A stretch of 64,000 nt of DNA, taken from positions 92,473 to 156,472 of the forward strand of contig JACPNK010000005.1 of NCBI GenBank assembly GCA_016185525.1. Direction: 5' to 3'. Origin of the DNA: Candidatus Yanofskybacteria bacterium (GTDB lineage Bacteria > Patescibacteriota > Minisyncoccia > 2-02-FULL-40-12 > IGHO2-12-FULL-4). Below the pieces are notes generated by a model. The model saw only the letters and a list, made by a program, of their open reading frames with translations, did not search any database and was not told the origin of the DNA. The translations under genes were made by a program, and so were the position numbers. This document shows, piece by piece, positions 36,989-46,718 of this stretch (positions are counted from its first letter, which is position 1; the number at the start of each line of letters is the position of its first letter).

Positions 36989-38200
36989 ATGCCCCAATTT
37001 ACTTATGAAGCGAAAGATAAAGAAGGCAAGCTGGTTCAAGGCGCCATAGACGCCTTGTCTGAAAATGCGGCCGTTGACACTCTCCACGATAAAGACCTTA
37101 CTATTTTAAGCTTGATTGCCGTTGAGAAAACTTTATTCAAAGGCGATATTGGCTCTATTCTGATAAAACCGAGCAAAAAGGACGTTACCGTCTTTACAAG
37201 ACAACTGGCTACAATTATCGCGGCGGACATCCCTTTAATTGAAGGTCTGGAAACGATAGCCAGCCAGGCGGAAAAAGAAGGCTTTGCCAAAATCATAAAA
37301 GAAATGGCCGAGGATATCAGGGGCGGCAGTTCGCTTTCGGCGGCTGTTGCCAAACAGCCGAAACTTTTCGGAGATTTTTACGTCAGTCTGGTCAAATCAG
37401 GAGAGGTGTCCGGCAGATTGGAGCAGACATTGAACTACCTTGCTGATTATTTGGAGAGAAGCCAAAGTTTGAACTCCAAAATAAAAGGGGCAATGGCTTA
37501 TCCGATGTTTATAGTTTTTGCTTTGGGTTTAGTTGGTTTTATTATGATGACTTTTGTTTTGCCCAAACTGCTTGGTATTTTGACCGAGTCAGGAGTTGAA
37601 GACATTCCCTTAATTACAAAAGTTCTTATTAAGCTGACCGACTTTGTCAACAATTACAGCTTACTAATTTTGGTATCGGCGGTTTTCTTGGTCTGGTTTG
37701 TCAGACAGTATGTAAAAACCAAATCAGGCAAATATCGGATTGACCGTTTGAAAATACGTTTTCCCAGACTCGGTGTGATTGCCCGCAATATCTACATCGC
37801 CCGCATGTCGGAGACACTCTCAACATTGGTGAAAGCCGGAGTGCCGATACTGGAAGGCCTAAGAATTACTTCCGAAATAGTCGGCAATTTTATTTTTAGA
37901 GATATGCTTTTAGAAGCGGAAAAAAATGTCAGAAATGGAGGCAATATATCAACTGTTTTGTCTCAACACGAAGACGTGCCAAAGTTGGTTTCCTCAATGT
38001 TGGCTATCGGTGAAAAGACCGGTAAGACTAATTTTATGCTTGATAATATATACAAATTTTATAATGCCGAAGCCGAAAGAGATATACAAAACCTTTCCCA
38101 GTTGATTGAACCGATTCTAATCCTGCTTTTAGGTGTTGGCGCCGGACTTTTGGTGGCAGGGATATTGTTGCCGATATTCAGTCTAGTGGGTGCGGCGTAA
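36989..38200 (+). CDS. pilC: Pilus platform protein PilC (GspF)
   Basis: FTRQLAT, GEVSGRL, AMAYP, GEKTG, LIEP. Confidence 0.93.
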   Translation: MPQFTYEAKDKEGKLVQGAIDALSENAAVDTLHDKDLTILSLIAVEKTLFKGDIGSILIKPSKKDVTVFTRQLATIIAADIPLIEGLETIASQAEKEGFAKIIKEMAEDIRGGSSLSAAVAKQPKLFGDFYVSLVKSGEVSGRLEQTLNYLADYLERSQSLNSKIKGAMAYPMFIVFALGLVGFIMMTFVLPKLLGILTESGVEDIPLITKVLIKLTDFVNNYSLLILVSAVFLVWFVRQYVKTKSGKYRIDRLKIRFPRLGVIARNIYIARMSETLSTLVKAGVPILEGLRITSEIVGNFIFRDMLLEAEKNVRNGGNISTVLSQHEDVPKLVSSMLAIGEKTGKTNFMLDNIYKFYNAEAERDIQNLSQLIEPILILLLGVGAGLLVAGILLPIFSLVGAA

Positions 38201-38427
38201 GAAAATTTATGAGCTAAGAAAATCAAAAGGCCCGACCTTCAGAGGACTGTCCTTAAATTCGAAAAAAGGACAGTCCTCTAGTCGGACAGGTATTCCTGTT
38301 GATAACCTTCATTTGCAAACTACACGCGACTATTATAAAATCCTATTAGTTAGATATTAAAAAACAGCAATCGGTAGACACAAGCAACGTCGATTGCTTT
38401 TGTTTGTCGGTTACTGCTTTGCTATAA

Positions 38428-38985
38428 ATGTATATTTTTTCCAGAAAAAGTTTCAAACCCAGTTCGTTTGGTTTGTCTCGCGGTTTTACTCTGGTCGAGT
38501 TGTTGGTTGTTATCGCTATAATCGGTATTTTAGCGACTTTGTTGCTTTTACAACTTGGTACTGCTCGATCCAAAGCTAGAGACGCGGCTAGGATTGCTCA
38601 CGTCAACCAAATTCGCACCGCAGTTGAGTTTTACTTTGACGACAATGGTAAGTTTTTCGAGTCTACTACTATGGCTGCTCTTGCTCCCAAATATATTACG
38701 CAAATACCCAGAGATCCGCTTGCTTCCGATTGCACCAATGGTGTTTATGATGGCAGAGTGAGCGGTGCGGCTCAATGTTATGGTTATGCTTGGAACCCGG
38801 CGACCAACCCGATTCGTTATCAAGCTTGGGCAGAACTAGAAATTTGGGCTAAAGCCTTAGACCAGGATGTGGATATTAACTCAACCGGTTGGAATGGTGC
38901 AGCGGTGAATGGTGCGACTGACCTTAAAACCAATTGTACGACAGCTACTACCAGTGACTGCATTTACGACCAAGGCCAACTATAG
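38428..38985 (+). CDS. Type IV pilin (probable major pilin)
   Basis: [19 protein letters not shown]; own promoter TTGCAA-17-TAAAAT and own terminator. Confidence 0.88.
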   Translation: MYIFSRKSFKPSSFGLSRGFTLVELLVVIAIIGILATLLLLQLGTARSKARDAARIAHVNQIRTAVEFYFDDNGKFFESTTMAALAPKYITQIPRDPLASDCTNGVYDGRVSGAAQCYGYAWNPATNPIRYQAWAELEIWAKALDQDVDINSTGWNGAAVNGATDLKTNCTTATTSDCIYDQGQL

Positions 38986-39003
38986 TCTAATAAATTCGTA
39001 TTA

Positions 39004-39030
39004 TAAAGCCGCCTTATCAGGCGGCTTTTA
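39004..39030 (+). terminator. Terminator after pilin
   Basis: AAAGCCGCCT-TATC-AGGCGGCTTT. Confidence 0.75.
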
Positions 39031-39055
39031 GTTTGTTACAATTATCCATAGGACA

Positions 39056-39124
39056 ACTAGTAAGCATGCCTCTTTTATAGTCGACAGCGACAGTTCGGCG
39101 CAAAAAAGAGGCATGCTCACTAGT
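39056..39124. mobile_element. Short palindromic MITE-like element, copy 1
   Basis: ACTAGT at both ends; GCATGCCTCTTTT..AAAAGAGGCATGC; related to 40028-40106. Confidence 0.6.
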
Positions 39125-39145
39125 TATAGCAACTCTGTTATAAAT

Positions 39146-39991
39146 ATGTTTTTGCTTACTACAATTTTTCTGCTGGGCTTAACTGTTGGCAGTTTTTTGA
39201 ATGTTCTTATTTACCGTTTACCGAGGACTGTCCTCAGTAAGCGACTGAGGACAGTCCTCGGGAGCATTGTTTATGGCCGATCCAAATGTCCAAAATGCAA
39301 GCATGTTTTGGCTTGGTACGATCTTGTTCCTCTTTTCAGCTTCATTTTTTTGAAAGGCCGGTGCCGTTATTGCAAAAAACCCTTTTCTGGACGGTACTTT
39401 TTTGTGGAAATTTTGACAGGTTTATTGTTTTTAACTTTCTTTGCTTTGCAACGGCCCGGTAGCCTCTACGGATATCTGGATCTTTCTTTTTGGCTCTTTG
39501 TTTTCTCAACACTATTGGTTTTGGCTTTCATTGACTTGGACTATTTTATTATTATTGATAAAATATTGATAGTTTTAGTTCTTATTACATTTTTGTATCA
39601 AGTTTTTAGGAAATACGTCGTCCTGGCAGAACCGGCGACCATCGGAGGAATTTTTAACATATATCCCAACCTGCTGACTGCTTTTTTGTCTGGCCTGATT
39701 TTTCTTTTAATTTTTTGGGCCACTAAGGGTAGGGGCATAGGACTGGGAGACGTAAAGTTTATTTTTGTTTTGGGGTTTTTGCTGGGTTTTCCCGGTATTC
39801 TGATTGTTGTTTATCTTTCTTTACTTGCCGGCATGATTTGGGGACTGGCGCTAATTTTATTTTTCGGCGCCTCAATGAAGTCAAAGATCGCTTTTGGCTT
39901 TATCCTGGCTAATGCTGCCATTGTTTTTATGCTTTTTAACCAGTTTTTAACAGCAAAGTTCGCGCCTTATATTTTTAGACTGTATCTCTAG
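39146..39991 (+). CDS. pilD: Prepilin peptidase
   Basis: GSFLNV..YRLP, RSKCPKC, GRCRYC, FID, GLGDVK. Confidence 0.93.
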   Translation: MFLLTTIFLLGLTVGSFLNVLIYRLPRTVLSKRLRTVLGSIVYGRSKCPKCKHVLAWYDLVPLFSFIFLKGRCRYCKKPFSGRYFFVEILTGLLFLTFFALQRPGSLYGYLDLSFWLFVFSTLLVLAFIDLDYFIIIDKILIVLVLITFLYQVFRKYVVLAEPATIGGIFNIYPNLLTAFLSGLIFLLIFWATKGRGIGLGDVKFIFVLGFLLGFPGILIVVYLSLLAGMIWGLALILFFGASMKSKIAFGFILANAAIVFMLFNQFLTAKFAPYIFRLYL

Positions 39992-40027
39992 CTTTTATCA
40001 AAAAATAATGAAAAAGATTTTAATTAG

Positions 40028-40106
40028 AACCGAAGCAAATGCCTCTTTTGCAGTTGGCGGCGACAGTCCGACGCAAAAAAGAGGCATTTGCGAAGGTTTG
40101 CACTAG
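40028..40106. mobile_element. Short palindromic MITE-like element, copy 2
   Basis: TAG duplication; GCAAATGCCTCTTTT..AAAAGAGGCATTTGC. Confidence 0.6.
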
Positions 40107-40566
40107 TTTGAAAAAAAAAGAAGATAAGAAAAAAGTTAAATATTACGTAATTCTAATCGGCATCGGCTTGGGATTTTTGCTTTTTCTGGATTTGTTTACT
40201 TTGGGCTCCAACATTTTTAATTTGAAAAAGATCCAGACGACGGAATTTAAAAGAACCGCAGAGGTCAGAATTTCTGGTCAGACGGGTGAAACCAGAACGT
40301 TTTCGGGTGAAGTAGTTGAGAATATGACGGTGTTGGATGCTCTTCTTGCCGCCGCCCAAAGCGCCAACTTTAACGTTGATTACCTTATTGCGAATGGAGA
40401 GCTGGATATCCGTTTAATTAACGGTTTGCCGGAGTCACCGGTTATGTTTTGGAATGTTTACTTAAATGGCGCGCCTATTAGCATTAAAAATTTGAATTCA
40501 CTTGAAATTGAGAATGGCGACCTTGTTGAATTTAAGCTTAAGCCTGTTGTAAATGAAAATAAATAA
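40039..40566 (+). CDS. DUF4430-like membrane protein; original start at 40008 interrupted
   Basis: TM helix, TVLDAL, INGL, W.VYLNG, IENGD.VE. Confidence 0.72.
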   Translation: MPLLQLAATVRRKKEAFAKVCTSLKKKEDKKKVKYYVILIGIGLGFLLFLDLFTLGSNIFNLKKIQTTEFKRTAEVRISGQTGETRTFSGEVVENMTVLDALLAAAQSANFNVDYLIANGELDIRLINGLPESPVMFWNVYLNGAPISIKNLNSLEIENGDLVEFKLKPVVNENK

Positions 40567-41095
40567 AAAAAATGCGGGCTTTACCCTGATAGAGATGATT
40601 GTTATAGCTCTATTAGTGGGTATCTTTTCAACTTTTTTGCTCATTAATCTTAGAGGTTTTTCCACTAATACCGTGATCTTGGAACGCGCGGCATTGGGGA
40701 TGATTTCTAATTTAAGAAAGGCTCAAAGCCTATCTATTGCCGGGGTTTCTTTTCAGGGCGCTTCTGTTTGCGGTTATGGTGTTCATTATGTTGATAATGA
40801 AACCTACCTAATCTATGCCGGAGGTGAAAGTGTGTGCATTTCATCAAATAAAAACTATCAAATTGGCAACGACCTTTCTTACCAGCTGGTAAAAATTTCT
40901 GAAAAAAACGTGGAATTTAAAAACTCTTTTAATGACGTTTTTTTTCTATTGCCGGACCCCAAAACATACATTAACAACAGCTTTTCTTTATCAGACCCAC
41001 CCTTGACTATAAGCATTGGTTTTAAAGGTCTTACTTGTCCGGCTTACTGTAAAACAATTTCTATATTTCCTTCTGGAAAAGTTGACTTAAATTGA
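40553..41095 (+). CDS. Minor pilin (FimT/GspH-like)
   Basis: AG/FTLIE, LRKAQS, YGVH, I.I..SG.V. Confidence 0.82.
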   Translation: MKINKKNAGFTLIEMIVIALLVGIFSTFLLINLRGFSTNTVILERAALGMISNLRKAQSLSIAGVSFQGASVCGYGVHYVDNETYLIYAGGESVCISSNKNYQIGNDLSYQLVKISEKNVEFKNSFNDVFFLLPDPKTYINNSFSLSDPPLTISIGFKGLTCPAYCKTISIFPSGKVDLN

Positions 41096-41099
41096 TTTG

Positions 41100-41585
41100 A
41101 TGAAACCAAAAAAAAACAACGAAGGGTTTACTTTAATTGAGTTGATTACGACTCTTTTGGTTTTAGTCGCAGTTATTCAGATATTCGTTCTGATAACCGG
41201 CGATATTACCAGTTCGTTTCTGGTCAGAGACAACCTTATTGCCGCTAACCTTGTGCAGGAGGGTATAGAGGTTGCCCGCAACATAAGAGACCGCGACTGG
41301 TTTTTGGGAAACAGTTTTGGCGCATCCTTGCCAGCTGGTACTTGGAGAGTCCAGTGGAACTCAAACTCTCTTCTTTCCCTTGGTTTAAATCCTCCGCTAA
41401 AAAAAGATTCAAATTCAGGGGTTTTCAGTTATGACGTTGGAACCGACACTGTTTTTAAAAGAACGCTTTCAATAACCGCGATTTCATCTCAGGAAATTAG
41501 AGTTACCTCCACTGTCATTTGGAATTTCAAGGGTTCAGCCAAAAACATTACTGCTGAAGCTCATCTTTTTGACTGGTTTAGATAA
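41100..41585 (+). CDS. Minor pilin (PilV-like)
   Basis: EG/FTLIE, A.NL.QEGIE..RNIRD. Confidence 0.82.
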   Translation: MKPKKNNEGFTLIELITTLLVLVAVIQIFVLITGDITSSFLVRDNLIAANLVQEGIEVARNIRDRDWFLGNSFGASLPAGTWRVQWNSNSLLSLGLNPPLKKDSNSGVFSYDVGTDTVFKRTLSITAISSQEIRVTSTVIWNFKGSAKNITAEAHLFDWFR

Positions 41586-41607
41586 ACCGACGAAGTCTGC
41601 AAACAAA

Positions 41608-42144
41608 ATGGAGACAAAAAAACAAAAAATAAAAAACTCTGAAGCCGGATTTTCTTTGATTGAGTTTCTGGTGGCAATCACTTTGGGGTCTGTTGCCGTT
41701 ATGGTAATCAGCGGTATTTTTGTCCAAACTTTGCGTTTGCAAAGAAAGGCATTTTTTATCCAAAGGGTTCAGGAGAATATAAGTCTTGCTTTGGAAACCT
41801 TAGCTAAAGAGATTAGGGTCAGCACGATTTCAACTTTTAATACGAACTGTCCGGCTTCTCCTGCCCAGCTTTTAGCCGTAGCCCATCCAATTAACGGCAA
41901 TCTGGAGTATTTTTTGTCCGGCGGGGCGATTCATCGCAGGGCAGTTGATTCCGGCATTGACACCACTTTGAGTTCAAGCGGAATTTCGGTAACCCGTTTG
42001 GGTTTTTGCGTCAGCGGCAACTCTTTGGACGACAATTTTCAGCCCAGGGTGACAATTTTGCTTTCTGTGCAAAATACTAATGGCAGTGAAGTCATTCAGG
42101 TAGACATACAAACCACGGTTTCTCAAAGATTGTTGAGTAATTAA
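41608..42144 (+). CDS. Minor pilin (PilW-like)
   Basis: AG/FSLIE, LE.LAKEIR, QTTVSQR. Confidence 0.82.
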   Translation: METKKQKIKNSEAGFSLIEFLVAITLGSVAVMVISGIFVQTLRLQRKAFFIQRVQENISLALETLAKEIRVSTISTFNTNCPASPAQLLAVAHPINGNLEYFLSGGAIHRRAVDSGIDTTLSSSGISVTRLGFCVSGNSLDDNFQPRVTILLSVQNTNGSEVIQVDIQTTVSQRLLSN

Positions 42145-42154
42145 GATACAAACC

Positions 42155-42499
42155 ATGACTAAAAAAATAAAATTACAAGACGGCCAGATACTAATTTTCG
42201 CCGCAATTATATTGGGGGTTATGGTGCTGACCTCTATATCTTTGCAGGCAATTCTTTTGTCCAAGCTAAGGCTGTCTGCAGAAGTAAAAAATTCAGTTGG
42301 TGCGGCTTTTGCCGCAGAAAGCGGTTTGGAGTGGTGTTTATACAATAACCAAATTTCTCCTTCGCCCACGCCTTGGCCGGCGCCAATTATGGCAAATGGG
42401 TCAACCTATCAGGTTTTTCCTCCCGATTGCACCGGCGAAGTCTTAAAATCAATCGGCACTTATAAAGGTGTTGTCAGGTCTTTTGAGGCAAGTTTCTAA
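42155..42499 (+). CDS. PilX-like minor pilin
   Basis: DG/QILI, A.FAAESGLE, KSIG.Y.G..R. Confidence 0.78.
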   Translation: MTKKIKLQDGQILIFAAIILGVMVLTSISLQAILLSKLRLSAEVKNSVGAAFAAESGLEWCLYNNQISPSPTPWPAPIMANGSTYQVFPPDCTGEVLKSIGTYKGVVRSFEASF

Positions 42500-42591
42500 C
42501 CATAATTTTTGTGTTTTGGCCGGCTAACCTGCATATCTAAGAGTTTTAGACTTGGCCAAACGCCAAAGTTTTGGTATTTTGCTTAGTAATC

Positions 42592-44598
42592 ATGCTTTTA
42601 AATGAAGCCAAAAATAGAATAGAAAAGCTAAAAATTCTTATTAACAAATACCGTCACAGCCGGTTAGTTTTTGATAAGCCGGTAGTGGAAGAGTCGGTTG
42701 AGGACTCTCTCAAGAAAGAACTTTTTGACTTGGAGCAGGCTTTTCCGGGGCTGATAACGCCGGATTCTCCGACGCAGAGGGTCGGCGGAGCGCCCCTCAA
42801 AGAATTTAAAAAATTTGTCCATCCCGAAAGGATGCTCTCTTTTAACGACGCGTTTGGAGAAAAAGATATGCTGGATTGGGAGGAGAGACTAAAAAGAATT
42901 GACCCGCGCGCGACTGAAGGCGGCTTTTATTGCGAGCTTAAAATAGACGGACTAGCCATAGGGCTTTTGTACAAAGATTCTGTTTTCCAAACAGGCGCTA
43001 CGCGCGGGGACGGTTTGGTGGGCGAAGATGTGACCCAAAACTTAAGAACAATTGAAGCGGTTCCTCTTAACCTTACAATGGGCATCATTGCAAATGCAAT
43101 GATGCCCATTGTAGTTCGGGGAGAAGTTTTTATTACTAAGAAAGAATTTGAGAGAATCAACAGAGAACAAAAGTCCAAAAGCATTTCTGCTTATGCCAAT
43201 CCGCGCAATTTGGCTGCCGGTTCAGTCAGGCAGTTGGATCCCAAGATAACCGTGAGTCGAAGGCTTGATTCTTTTGCTTACGCTTTGGTTACCGACCTGG
43301 GCCAGCAAACGCACGAAGATGAACATAAAATCCTTCACCGACTTGGTTTTAAAACCAATCCCCACAATAAGTTTTGCCGTAATCTGGCGGAGGTTCAGGA
43401 GTTTAGAGACTACTGGGAAAAACACAGAGAAAGGTTGGACTACGAAATTGACGGAATTGTTGTTCAGGTGAACAGCAATCAGATGTTCAAAAAGTTGGGT
43501 GTCGTCGGCAAAGCGTCCAGAGCCGCCATTGCTTACAAATTTTCTCCAAAAGAATCCACGACTAAGGTTAAAGATATAACCGTCAGTATTGGCCGGACCG
43601 GAACAGTTACTCCGATTGCAATTTTGGAACCGGTTGAGATCGGCGGTACGACTGTTTCTCGCGCAACACTGCACAACGAAGACGAGATTAGGCGTCTGGA
43701 TGTTAGAGTGGGGGATACGGTTGTTGTCGGCCGGGCCGGCGACGTTATTCCCGATATTAAAAAAGTTCTTAAAGAGTTGCGCGTCGGTCGTGAGAAGATT
43801 TTTCACTTTCCGGAAAAGTGTCCGGTATGCGGCCAGCCAATCAAGAGAATTGAGGGCGAAGCGGCTTTTAAGTGTGTGAATAAAAATTGCTCGGCTATCA
43901 AGCGTGAGGGAATTTACCACTTTGTGTCCAAGGGAGCGATGAACATAGACGGCGTCGGCCCGAGGATTGTTGACCAGTTGATGGATGTCGGGTTAATCAG
44001 GGATTCAGCCGACCTCTATACTCTTAAGAAGTCAGATCTTCTTAATCTTGAACGTTTTGCCGACAAATCAGCTGAAAACACGATTAACTCCATCAATTCA
44101 CGCAAAGAGGCGGCTCTTGACCGATTTGTTTTTGCTTTGGGTATCCCTCATGTTGGATCGGAAACGGCTCTTGATTTGGCTCGCAACTTTGGCTCGCTAG
44201 AGAATATTAGCAAGGTTAGTCTGGAGGATCTTTTGAAAATAAAGGATGTCGGGCCTGTTGTGGCTAAAAGTATTTACGACTGGTTTCGTTCTGACCATAA
44301 TCAAAAACTTTTGAAAAAATTCACTTCGGCGGGTTTACGTGTTCTTAAGCAGGAGTTGGTTCAAAAGTCCTCAAAGTTGAAAGATAAAACTTTTGTTTTT
44401 ACCGGCACCTTGGAAGAGTTGACCAGAGAAAAAGCCGAGGAGTTGGTCAGGGAACATGGCGGCAATGTTTCATCTGCGGTATCCAAAGAAACCGCCTATG
44501 TCGTGGCAGGAGAAGAATCCGGTTCCAAATTCAGTAAAGCCAAGAGGCTGGGCGTGAAAATTATTGACGAAAGAAACTTTCTTGACATGATAAAGTAG
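42592..44598 (+). CDS. ligA: NAD-dependent DNA ligase
   Basis: SPTQRVG, ELKIDG, TRGDG, zinc finger, BRCT. Confidence 0.97.
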   Translation: MLLNEAKNRIEKLKILINKYRHSRLVFDKPVVEESVEDSLKKELFDLEQAFPGLITPDSPTQRVGGAPLKEFKKFVHPERMLSFNDAFGEKDMLDWEERLKRIDPRATEGGFYCELKIDGLAIGLLYKDSVFQTGATRGDGLVGEDVTQNLRTIEAVPLNLTMGIIANAMMPIVVRGEVFITKKEFERINREQKSKSISAYANPRNLAAGSVRQLDPKITVSRRLDSFAYALVTDLGQQTHEDEHKILHRLGFKTNPHNKFCRNLAEVQEFRDYWEKHRERLDYEIDGIVVQVNSNQMFKKLGVVGKASRAAIAYKFSPKESTTKVKDITVSIGRTGTVTPIAILEPVEIGGTTVSRATLHNEDEIRRLDVRVGDTVVVGRAGDVIPDIKKVLKELRVGREKIFHFPEKCPVCGQPIKRIEGEAAFKCVNKNCSAIKREGIYHFVSKGAMNIDGVGPRIVDQLMDVGLIRDSADLYTLKKSDLLNLERFADKSAENTINSINSRKEAALDRFVFALGIPHVGSETALDLARNFGSLENISKVSLEDLLKIKDVGPVVAKSIYDWFRSDHNQKLLKKFTSAGLRVLKQELVQKSSKLKDKTFVFTGTLEELTREKAEELVREHGGNVSSAVSKETAYVVAGEESGSKFSKAKRLGVKIIDERNFLDMIK

Positions 44599-44661
44599 AG
44601 TGCTATGCTCTATCAGGCTTACTTAAATGAGCCTTTGTACTTTTTAAAACAGGAGAAAAAA

Positions 44662-45258
44662 GTGAGAAAATCGGGGATAGTTTTTTTGGTGATCTTAGCG
44701 GTTGCTGCAACTTTAACGAATTCTGTCTTTGCGCAGAACGACGATGAAAGGCGCGGACTGTTTTCCGTTCAACTGGGCGGAACTTCAAATATTGGGTCAT
44801 CTGAAGCCAATAAGTTCAACATCGGCGGAAGTTTTGCTTACAGGTTGTTTGAATCGCGCAACTTTTATATTGAGCCGGGTCTGTCGCTGAATTGGCCGAG
44901 CAAAGAGTACCTTTTTGTTGAGGAGTATCCTTATCCTGTGGGGAGGATAAGCTCAAAGACTGTTATTGTGGATTTCAACGCTTCACAATCTTTTGTTGGA
45001 AAAAGGCAGAAGCGTTGCGTTCCTTATCTCACCGGGGGCGTCGGTTTTATAAGAAACTGGTCAACTTTGACAGACGGATATTATGTTTATGACTGGGGTT
45101 CGGAGACCAGTTTTACCAAAAACTTAGGCGGTGGATTCAGAATTTTTTTAGGGGAAGATCAGAACATTTTTGTTGGCGGAGAGTATAAAAATTACTGGGC
45201 CGGCGATATCGGTGGCTTTCGTGTTTTTTCCGGTAAGATCGGGTTTAGGTTTGAGTAA
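44662..45258 (+). CDS. Outer-membrane beta-barrel-like protein (8-stranded OmpA/OmpW type)
   Basis: GTG start after AGGAG; signal peptide ending VFA-Q; alternating strands, PYLTGGVG, NLGGGFR, C-terminal KIGFRF. Confidence 0.75.
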   Translation: MRKSGIVFLVILAVAATLTNSVFAQNDDERRGLFSVQLGGTSNIGSSEANKFNIGGSFAYRLFESRNFYIEPGLSLNWPSKEYLFVEEYPYPVGRISSKTVIVDFNASQSFVGKRQKRCVPYLTGGVGFIRNWSTLTDGYYVYDWGSETSFTKNLGGGFRIFLGEDQNIFVGGEYKNYWAGDIGGFRVFSGKIGFRFE

Positions 45259-45260
45259 TA

Positions 45261-45293
45261 AAAATCCCACACATAATTTTGTGTGGGATTTAA
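45261..45293. terminator. Bidirectional terminator
   Basis: AAATCCCACACA..TGTGTGGGATTT between convergent genes. Confidence 0.75.
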
Positions 45294-45298
45294 CTTTT

Positions 45299-46291
45299 TT
45301 ATTTCTTTGAAGAAAAATAATTTTCTAAAACTTTTAGTCTGGGTTTGGTCAACTGTAGTTTTCTGGCTATATCACTTCTGTTTGGAAAAGTTGTAACCAA
45401 CTTTTCCAGCAAGGAAACTTCTTTTTCTAAGACCAACCACTCATTTTTACTTTTTCCGCCGTTCATGAATTTTTCACGCTGATCGTCGTAAACTTCAGCC
45501 AGCAGTAAGGCCGATTCAAGCCATGTTTTTTTAAGCCACGGTTTGTCATAGCTGTTTTCGTATGATTTTTCAATCCATTTTAGGGCGGTACTTTTGTTAA
45601 AAACATCGTCATCAGCAAAATAATAAAGCTCACTGTAAGTGTAAGACTTCCATCTGACAAAAAGCCTTTTTAGGCTCAACGGATCTGTTTTGCTGGCAAG
45701 TCCGTAGCGGGTAGCTCCCAGAAAAAAATAAGCGGAGTGAAAATCGGGATTTTCCTTTAAAATTTTTTTCAATATTTTTATGCCGTCGGCCGTGTCTTTG
45801 TCTGCCTGCGACAGTCCGGATAAGTTGCCTTCAAACCTATAAATGAATTTGGCTTGGCTGAAAAGCAAAATTGCTTGTGCCAACAAGTGTTTGTGGTTAT
45901 CTTGACTGCTTGCCAGTTTAAAACCTTGACCGACAATCTCGTGATATTTTTTGGCTCTGCCTGCCAATTCCATGTTGTCAGAAATATTTTTTTGCTTATC
46001 TAACCCCACGCCAAGTTCGTGGCCCAGTAAAACCCACTCTATTGATGCCCAAAGATCGTAAAAATAAGGGTCATCCGGATATTTACGCAACAGTTCCCAG
46101 GCGTCCTTTAAGTCTTGAGCATTGCTTTCTTTTGATTCAAAATTGTTGTAAAAGCTGTCTACGACCCTATTAAGCTGTTCGTACCTTTGTTCTTCTTGAT
46201 TTTGTTCCTGCGGAGTTGGCCAGGCTATTGCTGTGGCCGGAGGACTTAACATGACAAAAGCAAGGAAAGCAAGTATTTTTTTAAGTACCAT
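45299..46291 (-). CDS. Secreted all-helical TPR-like protein
   Basis: Signal peptide (AIA-W); YPDDP and ENPDFHSAYFFLG repeat-like motifs. Confidence 0.72.
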   Translation of the reverse strand: MVLKKILAFLAFVMLSPPATAIAWPTPQEQNQEEQRYEQLNRVVDSFYNNFESKESNAQDLKDAWELLRKYPDDPYFYDLWASIEWVLLGHELGVGLDKQKNISDNMELAGRAKKYHEIVGQGFKLASSQDNHKHLLAQAILLFSQAKFIYRFEGNLSGLSQADKDTADGIKILKKILKENPDFHSAYFFLGATRYGLASKTDPLSLKRLFVRWKSYTYSELYYFADDDVFNKSTALKWIEKSYENSYDKPWLKKTWLESALLLAEVYDDQREKFMNGGKSKNEWLVLEKEVSLLEKLVTTFPNRSDIARKLQLTKPRLKVLENYFSSKK

Positions 46292-46452
46292 CTTTGCCTC
46301 TGACTGACTTTATTTTCAAGGTAGCTTGCCTATTTTACAATCAAAAACAAGTTTTTGCAAGGGTCCACCCCTTGTCAGGGTCATCCTGACAAGGGGTGAC
46401 AAATTATGCATTGGCTTGCTGTTGATTGGGCGGTATATTATAATTAAAAATT

Positions 46453-46692
46453 ATGGATAATAACGTAGAGATTTACACAACTCCCTCTTGTCCTTACTGC
46501 CATCTGGCCAAGGAGTATTTTAAGAGCAAAGGTATTGATTATAAAGAATACAATGTTGCTCAAGATGTTAAGAAGAGAGAAGAAATGCTTAAGTTGGTCG
46601 GTCAGATAGCTGTGCCGGTGATAGTTATAAACGGCCAAGCGATTCTCGGTTTCAACAAGGCTAAGATAAATGAGTTGTTAGGAATAAATTGA
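46453..46692 (+). CDS. Glutaredoxin (NrdH-like)
   Basis: IYTTPSCPYC, VPVI, GFN. Confidence 0.92.
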   Translation: MDNNVEIYTTPSCPYCHLAKEYFKSKGIDYKEYNVAQDVKKREEMLKLVGQIAVPVIVINGQAILGFNKAKINELLGIN

Positions 46693-46718
46693 GTTCAAAC
46701 TCACAAAGTATCCTATGT

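Noticed and set aside
30723-42499. Pilus/competence cluster as a novel system
   Set aside because: It is the standard comF-pilMNO-pilBTC-pilin-pilD-minor pilin arrangement expected in this group.
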